Below are positions 47,656 through 52,876 of a stretch of DNA of 52,876 nt, in pieces. This DNA is from an uncultured archaeon. Lineage in GTDB: Archaea; Nanohalarchaeota; Nanosalinia; Nanosalinales; Nanosalinaceae. Position numbers and translations under genes: made by a program. The notes below the pieces were generated by a model. It searched no databases. It had not been told where the DNA came from and worked only from the letters and a program-made list of their open reading frames with translations. The stretch covers positions 1-52,876 of the forward strand of contig CAYQYU010000007.1 of assembly GCA_964421955.1 (NCBI GenBank). Reading direction: 5' to 3'. Position 1 is the first letter of the stretch. Every line of letters starts with the position of its first letter.

Positions 47656-48776
47656 TCCTGCGGCCTCGAGTCAAGAGTGAGCGGAACCGTTAATCGCTCT
47701 CCTTCACGTATAACCGTCATGTTCACCGTCTGGCCGACCTGCACGTGCTGATCCAGGTAGACAAGTATGTCGGTTATGTCACGCATCTCCTGGCCGTTGA
47801 TCCCGACTATCACGTCACCACCGGTATCCATCTGCTGTCCAAGTATCCATGTTGAAGTGTTGCTCGCCCTCAGTCCCGCCTCATCTGCCGGGCTGTCTTC
47901 TACAACGTCGACTATCATGAATCCCTTTGCCTCTTCAAGGTTCATTGCCTCTGCGATCTCAGGTCCAACTGTTCTCCCGGAAACACCTATCCATGGATGG
48001 TCGTATTCTCCGTTCCGTATCAGGCCGGGGACCACACGTTTAACGGTGTTAACCGGGATCGCGAAGCCTATCCCGGAGAAAGTGCCTGTACGTGTCTCTA
48101 TGGCGGTGTTGACCCCGATTACCTCGCCGCGGGAGTTCATTAGGGGTCCGCCGGAGTTGCCTGGATTGATCGCGGCGTCTGTCTGTAGAACGTTTGGAAT
48201 CGAGAAGCCTCCCTCGACTGGAAGCAAACGGCCTTTCTGCGATATTATGCCCGAGGTCATCGAGCTCCGGAGGCCGAACGGGTTGCCGACCGCTATCGCC
48301 CTTTCACCGACCTCGACGTCCGAGGAGTTGCCGAGTTCCAGTGCCTGGAGACCTTCTTTTTCAACTCTCAGGACCGCAAGATCGGTGTAAAGATCTGTTC
48401 CAATTATCTCCGCGTTCCGGGTCTCACCGTCGGTGAAAGACACCTGTATTCTCTCCGCGCCCTCGACGACATGCTCGTTGGTGACTATGTAGCCGTTCTC
48501 GGAGTAGATGAAACCTGAGCCCTGGGAATCTTCCGCACCAACGGATCTCACGGATACCACGGACTGGTCGACACGCTCGAATATATCGGTGAGCGAGGTC
48601 CTTGTCGACTGGTTGACGTAGAGAGTTGTTTCTCTGGGCTCAAGATCCTCGACCTGGCTCTCAAGAGTATCGATACGGGAATCCATCTGCTGGTATGTCA
48701 CGGCGCCGCCAAGTACCGCGCCGAAGAACAGGATTGCGAGAACGCCGAATACATCTATTTTTGTTCCAGTGTCCAT
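47652..48776 (-). CDS. HtrA/DegP-family serine protease with PDZ domain
   Basis: TNEHVV, DLAVL, QTDAAINPGNSGGPL, C-terminal PDZ, N-terminal TM. Confidence 0.95.
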   Translation of the reverse strand: MDTGTKIDVFGVLAILFFGAVLGGAVTYQQMDSRIDTLESQVEDLEPRETTLYVNQSTRTSLTDIFERVDQSVVSVRSVGAEDSQGSGFIYSENGYIVTNEHVVEGAERIQVSFTDGETRNAEIIGTDLYTDLAVLRVEKEGLQALELGNSSDVEVGERAIAVGNPFGLRSSMTSGIISQKGRLLPVEGGFSIPNVLQTDAAINPGNSGGPLMNSRGEVIGVNTAIETRTGTFSGIGFAIPVNTVKRVVPGLIRNGEYDHPWIGVSGRTVGPEIAEAMNLEEAKGFMIVDVVEDSPADEAGLRASNTSTWILGQQMDTGGDVIVGINGQEMRDITDILVYLDQHVQVGQTVNMTVIREGERLTVPLTLDSRPQD

Positions 48777-48814
48777 ACTGAGTCAAGGGAGCCTCAAAGT
48801 TTTATTTTCAATCC

Positions 48815-49705
48815 CTACTCGAAAGTCATCGAGTATATTCTGGTTCCCTTTTCCGGTCTCAGGACCAGCTCTGATCTCCCGCTCATAGATTCCAGGACCG
48901 AGAAAAGCCCCGGGTTTTTGACGCGGAGAAAGCTCCGGTCCTCAACCCTGAGATCGCTGCCTGCCAGTGAATGGGGAACTTTTTCCCCGTCAACAGATAT
49001 CTCTATATCCCTGATCGCCCCGCCGGGATGCGCGACGAGGTAAACCTCTGATCCACGGAAGTGGTAGAAAATTTTTGCGTCATCACCTGCCTCAATATAG
49101 TCTTCTGCCTGTTCCCATCTTCCGTCGAGGTAGACGGATTCAAATTTCCGGTCACGCGGAGCTGAAAACGTCTTCTCGCCGCGGAAGTTGCCACCATCAT
49201 TTATTCCTGGGCACCTCCTGAATCCAAGGTAAACGTCCCGCGAAGCCTCTTTTCCTGGCTCATCTGTCTCCAGGCCAGCTTCATCCGCCCCGAGTATTTC
49301 TGACAGCTTCTCCTCAAGCTCGACTACTGGCGAGTTGATCTTTCTCCATGCTATCTCGCCGTTGTGAACCAGGATAGTGTCTGGCCAGTAGCTGTTGCCG
49401 TAAGAGTTCCAGACCTTCTTCTCAACATCGAGCCCGACCGGATAGTCTATTCCAAGCCTCTCGACCGCCTTCCTGACGTTTTCCAGGCTCTCTTCAAAGC
49501 CGAACTCCGGTGCGTGAATCCCGACCACGTCGAGCCCGGGGTATTCCTCGTCAATACTCTGCATCAGTTCTACACCTTTGAGGCATCCCCTGCAGCTATA
49601 GCTCCAGAAGTCGAGCAGGTAGGTCCCGGTTTCGAGCGAACGGGGCTCCGAGTTGATCCATGAATCGATCTCTAGTTCGGGGGCCGCGGATCCGACGAAA
49701 GGCAT
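48815..49705 (-). CDS. Thioredoxin-like redoxin, DipZ-like soluble part
   Basis: DFWSYSCRGC, GIHAPEF, YGNSYWP; C-terminal RIYSMTF. Confidence 0.85.
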   Translation of the reverse strand: MPFVGSAAPELEIDSWINSEPRSLETGTYLLDFWSYSCRGCLKGVELMQSIDEEYPGLDVVGIHAPEFGFEESLENVRKAVERLGIDYPVGLDVEKKVWNSYGNSYWPDTILVHNGEIAWRKINSPVVELEEKLSEILGADEAGLETDEPGKEASRDVYLGFRRCPGINDGGNFRGEKTFSAPRDRKFESVYLDGRWEQAEDYIEAGDDAKIFYHFRGSEVYLVAHPGGAIRDIEISVDGEKVPHSLAGSDLRVEDRSFLRVKNPGLFSVLESMSGRSELVLRPEKGTRIYSMTFE

Positions 49706-49751
49706 ATACCCTATAGTTAAAGTTGTCCGCGTAAAAACGCTTCCTGTGAGA

Positions 49752-50126
49752 ATGCGACTCAAGAACCACATTTTCGAGCTCACGCCCCTGGGAAAGGCGG
49801 ATAAAGAGGTTAGAGAATACCTGGAGGAGGGGCTGGAGACCCACCAGTTTGAACGATACGAGAGAACCCTTAACCAGTACAGGCACATGAAGGTCTTCCA
49901 GGGCTCGCTGAAGATACTGCTCTACGCGAGCATCATAACATCCGTGGCGGCAACCTTCGGCCTTGGCGGACAGCTCAAGATAATCGAGAGGCTGGCCTCT
50001 TACCTGGGGACTTCACTAATATTCGTCCTCTACGCGATCACCAGCTACATAACCATGATCCGGAGAGAGACCTACCATGTCCAGCGCGAGATCCTTATAT
50101 CACAGGCTGACTGGAGCGATTACTAG
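49752..50126 (+). CDS. Two-TM hypothetical protein
   Basis: MRLKNHIF start, two hydrophobic helices. Confidence 0.65.
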   Translation: MRLKNHIFELTPLGKADKEVREYLEEGLETHQFERYERTLNQYRHMKVFQGSLKILLYASIITSVAATFGLGGQLKIIERLASYLGTSLIFVLYAITSYITMIRRETYHVQREILISQADWSDY

Positions 50127-50707
50127 TCGCGCCTTACCTCGTGGCATTCACGGCAACGGGCCTGGTACTTCTCGTCGGCGCCGACAACAACGGTGGGATC
50201 GTCCTCGTGCGCTGGCTCGCCGTCAATTATGCGCTGCGTCTTCGTCGCGGGCTCCCCGCACTTTGAGCAGATGGCCTGGAGCTTGTCAACGTATTCCGCC
50301 CGGGCCATCAGCTCGTGGACAGGATTGAAAGCGTCTCCACGGTAGTTCTGGTCGAGACCACAGACTATAGTCCTGATACCTCTCTCGGCCAGCTCCTCGC
50401 ATATATCCACAAGCTCCGGGGGAAAGAAGTTGGCCTCGTCGATACCGATAACTTCCGCGTCTCCCGCGGCCTCAAGAATCTGGTGTGGCTGTTCACTGTC
50501 AACTACTTCGGCCTCCCATTCCCTTCCGTTGTGAGATCCCACTATCTCCTCGCCATACCGGTCGTCGATCGACGGTGTAAAAACTTTGACCTGCTGGTCT
50601 GCAATCTCGGCGCGTTCGAGCCTCCTTATCAGCTCATCGGTCTTGCCGGAGAACATGCACCCTGTAACGACCTCGATCCATCCACCAGAAATACTGCGGG
50701 GACTCAT
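50123..50707 (-). CDS. tdk: Thymidine kinase
   Basis: GCMFSGKT, IGIDEANF, GLDQNYRG, CSKC...CREC. Confidence 0.96.
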   Translation of the reverse strand: MSPRSISGGWIEVVTGCMFSGKTDELIRRLERAEIADQQVKVFTPSIDDRYGEEIVGSHNGREWEAEVVDSEQPHQILEAAGDAEVIGIDEANFFPPELVDICEELAERGIRTIVCGLDQNYRGDAFNPVHELMARAEYVDKLQAICSKCGEPATKTQRIIDGEPAHEDDPTVVVGADEKYQARCRECHEVRRD

Positions 50708-50785
50708 CAAGTTCAGCTCAAGCGAGGAAAGTTAAGTAAATTCCGAAGGTACGGAGATAAAAGATTGGAACTCAAGCCCTTTCCC

Positions 50786-51070
50786 ATGAGCTTCGATACC
50801 GAGGCCAGGACCAACCGCTGGGACGCGTTCACCATGATGACTTTCCCGTATTTCGCGGACGAGGACTACGAGGTGCAACAGGACTTTGACCCTCAAGACG
50901 GCTACTACGAGCTCGAGTTTGAAGACGAGGAAGACGATCACACCGCTACCTTCAGGTACGACGGGACGCCCCCGCACCTCGCGGAGGAGGGAATGCAGAA
51001 CTTCCAGGCACTTTTCGAGAACTCGATGGATCTCGGGAAACAGTGGTCTGAAAGCTGGCGGCAGGACTGA
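50786..51070 (+). CDS. Acidic hypothetical protein
   Basis: MSFDTEART start; acidic halophile composition. Confidence 0.65.
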   Translation: MSFDTEARTNRWDAFTMMTFPYFADEDYEVQQDFDPQDGYYELEFEDEEDDHTATFRYDGTPPHLAEEGMQNFQALFENSMDLGKQWSESWRQD

Positions 51071-51117
51071 TCCCGGTCTCCAGTAAATTAATTAACCGTG
51101 CTGATGTCAGTAAACTT

Positions 51118-51309
51118 ATGACTTCTATAGAGGAAGGCGCAGAGGCTCTTGAAAAAGAGACCGTTGAAATAATAGGAGAAACCGAGAAAGTTCGGGAAGC
51201 TCTCCTTGAGGCCCAGAAAATGCTGCATGACGCTGAAGGCGTCCTCAAGCAAGAGGGAGAAGATCTGGAAAAATCTCACACTATGGAGATCCCCGAGAAG
51301 CCGATCTAG
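51118..51309 (+). CDS. Small helical protein
   Basis: 63 aa heptad-like, acidic. Confidence 0.6.
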   Translation: MTSIEEGAEALEKETVEIIGETEKVREALLEAQKMLHDAEGVLKQEGEDLEKSHTMEIPEKPI

Positions 51310-51323
51310 AAGAGGATGAGAAA

Positions 51324-51527
51324 ATGGGAGCGGGGCCTAAAGAGGTCCTCTATGATGCCTTCCGATCCCTCGAACGGGTTGAAGGAGAATTTGGACAGGT
51401 TAAGAGTGCGATAGATCAGGCTTCTGAAGAGATGGCAAGACTCATGAACGCCGTCGAAGACGAGAAGCAGAAACTGACTTCCTTCGACAACTTCAATCAC
51501 AGGCATAGATCACTGGGAAAGCATTAA
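51324..51527 (+). CDS. Small helical protein
   Basis: 67 aa heptad-like, GAGGA SD-like motif upstream. Confidence 0.6.
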   Translation: MGAGPKEVLYDAFRSLERVEGEFGQVKSAIDQASEEMARLMNAVEDEKQKLTSFDNFNHRHRSLGKH

Positions 51528-51550
51528 TCTCTGAAGTCTACAAAAAAATC

Positions 51551-51832
51551 ATGGGATCCAAGACCGCTCTTGCGTCCGCATTACTTCCCGGCCTCGGCCA
51601 GATAATCAACGACCAGTTTGACCGCGCAGTTGCAATCTGGATCGGCCTCTTCCTATCAATACTCCTGTTCCCTCTTCCCGTCTTCGGTATCATAACTTTC
51701 GCCGGCATCTACGTTGCGGGAATCGTTGACGCGTACGACCCGGAACACCACTTCGACTTCATTCATATCAGGACCTGGAAACACCACAGCTGGGATGTCT
51801 TCATAGAAAAGATCAAAGAGCGCAGAAAGTGA
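51551..51832 (+). CDS. TM2-like small membrane protein
   Basis: ALASALLPGLGQ motif and IVDAY after the TM helices. Confidence 0.7.
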   Translation: MGSKTALASALLPGLGQIINDQFDRAVAIWIGLFLSILLFPLPVFGIITFAGIYVAGIVDAYDPEHHFDFIHIRTWKHHSWDVFIEKIKERRK

Positions 51833-51931
51833 GTCGCCGGGGGCGGACGAATCAGCCCTAATGCAACGTCCTCAGCACGAACGGACGTTTCAAAGACACA
51901 TTACAACCCAAATTATTAATAGGAAACGGGT

Positions 51932-52073
51932 ATACAGGGTTTCTCCGCTTCAATTTTTGCCTCCATAATTAACAAGTTAACAAATTACTTTAAATCAACA
52001 GAAACGCTCTATAATTAACTTGTTAACAAATCTGAGCAATAAGAGATTGTTTTATAAGTTTTAAACCCTGTAT
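51932..52073. promoter_or_regulatory. AT-rich element with terminal inverted repeats and paired palindromes
   Basis: atacagggttt (51932-51942) / aaaccctgtat (52063-52073); ataattaac-NN-gttaacaaat at 51965-51985 and 52011-52031. Confidence 0.6.
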
Positions 52074-52184
52074 TATCCCCGGAATCATGAAACCTGGAAA
52101 TGGCAAAGAAAGGCTATTCCGGACACCAGCCGTATCTGAAAGGTGGCTTTCGAGGCACAGGAGGCTGTAGAAGGATGGATCTAG

Positions 52185-52553
52185 ATGAACAGCTCCGAGA
52201 ATATTTCCGGGAAAACCTGGAGAAACGGGCCGCAGAGAAGGGTTCTGGAAATGTATAGGCTCCAGCGTGGCGTGAAGGACGCCCTGAAAGAACCTGAAGA
52301 ACGGGAGAAAGTAAACAGGACCTTCTATATCTTCAGGGACCAGGTTGAAGCCCTCGAAGAATCCGGGGCGCCTTCACGGAAGCTACGGGAGATACTGGAT
52401 CTCCATCTGCGACCTGGAAGCAGAGGTAATTTCTTCGAGGAGGTCGAAGCAGTACTGGAACAGATCCACTTTTACGCCGAAAGCCAGGAAGTCAGGAATG
52501 CGATCCAGATAGTAGAGGAGGCTCTACCTCCTTCAGAGGGTGATCTTCCGTGA
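52185..52553 (+). CDS. Hypothetical helical protein, possibly frameshifted at its 5' end
   Basis: Protein-like C-terminal part; a protein-like MDLDEQLREYFRENLEKRAAE lies in another frame just upstream. Confidence 0.45.
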   Translation: MNSSENISGKTWRNGPQRRVLEMYRLQRGVKDALKEPEEREKVNRTFYIFRDQVEALEESGAPSRKLREILDLHLRPGSRGNFFEEVEAVLEQIHFYAESQEVRNAIQIVEEALPPSEGDLP

Positions 52554-52744
52554 AAAAGAAGCGGTGTTCTGGATGCAGGGAATACGTCAGGAGACCGGAA
52601 GGTTGGAAGTACCGCCTCGCAGTAAAATCTATCTCAGAACCCAGAGACGGCAGGAATTTATAGGAATTTCCAGGAACTCGAGACACCCGGATACATATTA
52701 TATAACACGCGTGAGAGGTGATTGATATTTTCCCAGGAGAAGTA

Positions 52745-52876
52745 ATGGAGACAAACCTCGATTCAATGAAAGAAGAGATAAAGGAGAAAAATAATGACCA
52801 CGTCTTCGCCGTGGTGGGAGAGGAAGGAACCGGGAAGTCAGCGTTATCCCTTACAATGGCGAAGTATCTCGACCCC
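52745..52876 (+). CDS. P-loop ATPase, truncated by window edge
   Basis: Hand translation METNLDSMKEEIKEKNNDHVFAVVGEEGTGKSALSLTMAKYLDP; Walker A GEEGTGKS. Confidence 0.8.
   Translation, partial: METNLDSMKEEIKEKNNDHVFAVVGEEGTGKSALSLTMAKYLDP

Noticed and set aside
51829-51890. tRNA remnant or att site
   Set aside because: No T-loop consensus or cloverleaf; only a short hairpin
1-52876. CRISPR array, rRNA or IS transposase
   Set aside because: No regularly spaced repeats, rRNA motifs or transposase ORFs seen

Overview
Gene-dense archaeal chromosome segment with a strongly acidic proteome. The content (fen, albA, aEF-1beta, dph5, pelota, Trm5-like methyltransferase, archaeal type IV pilus genes, very short intergenic spaces) best fits a halophilic DPANN archaeon such as Nanohaloarchaeota; this is inference, not a database result. 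Left end (1-3299): part of an AT-richer integrative element abutting the 3' end of an intron-containing tRNA-Arg(GCG). It carries two tyrosine recombinases, a coiled-coil protein and a small membrane protein. 10.5-29.4 kb: a large type IV pilus locus (13 pilin-like genes, PilC-type platform protein, PilB-type ATPase) that continues into uncharacterised membrane and coiled-coil genes. Two of these are paralogues sharing an exact 136-bp block, and the mobile element appears to carry an anchorless homologue of them. 31.6-39 kb: a divergent ATP-grasp enzyme next to a protein with a repeated VTGGEEG motif and an internal twin-arginine motif, followed by two Ig-repeat surface proteins. Next come a structured intergenic region, three paralogous lipoproteins plus a related larger protein, and housekeeping genes. 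The right end has operator-like repeats and a truncated P-loop ATPase, possibly the start of a second mobile element. Several starts were corrected relative to the ORF track, and several ORFs under 60 aa were read by hand.
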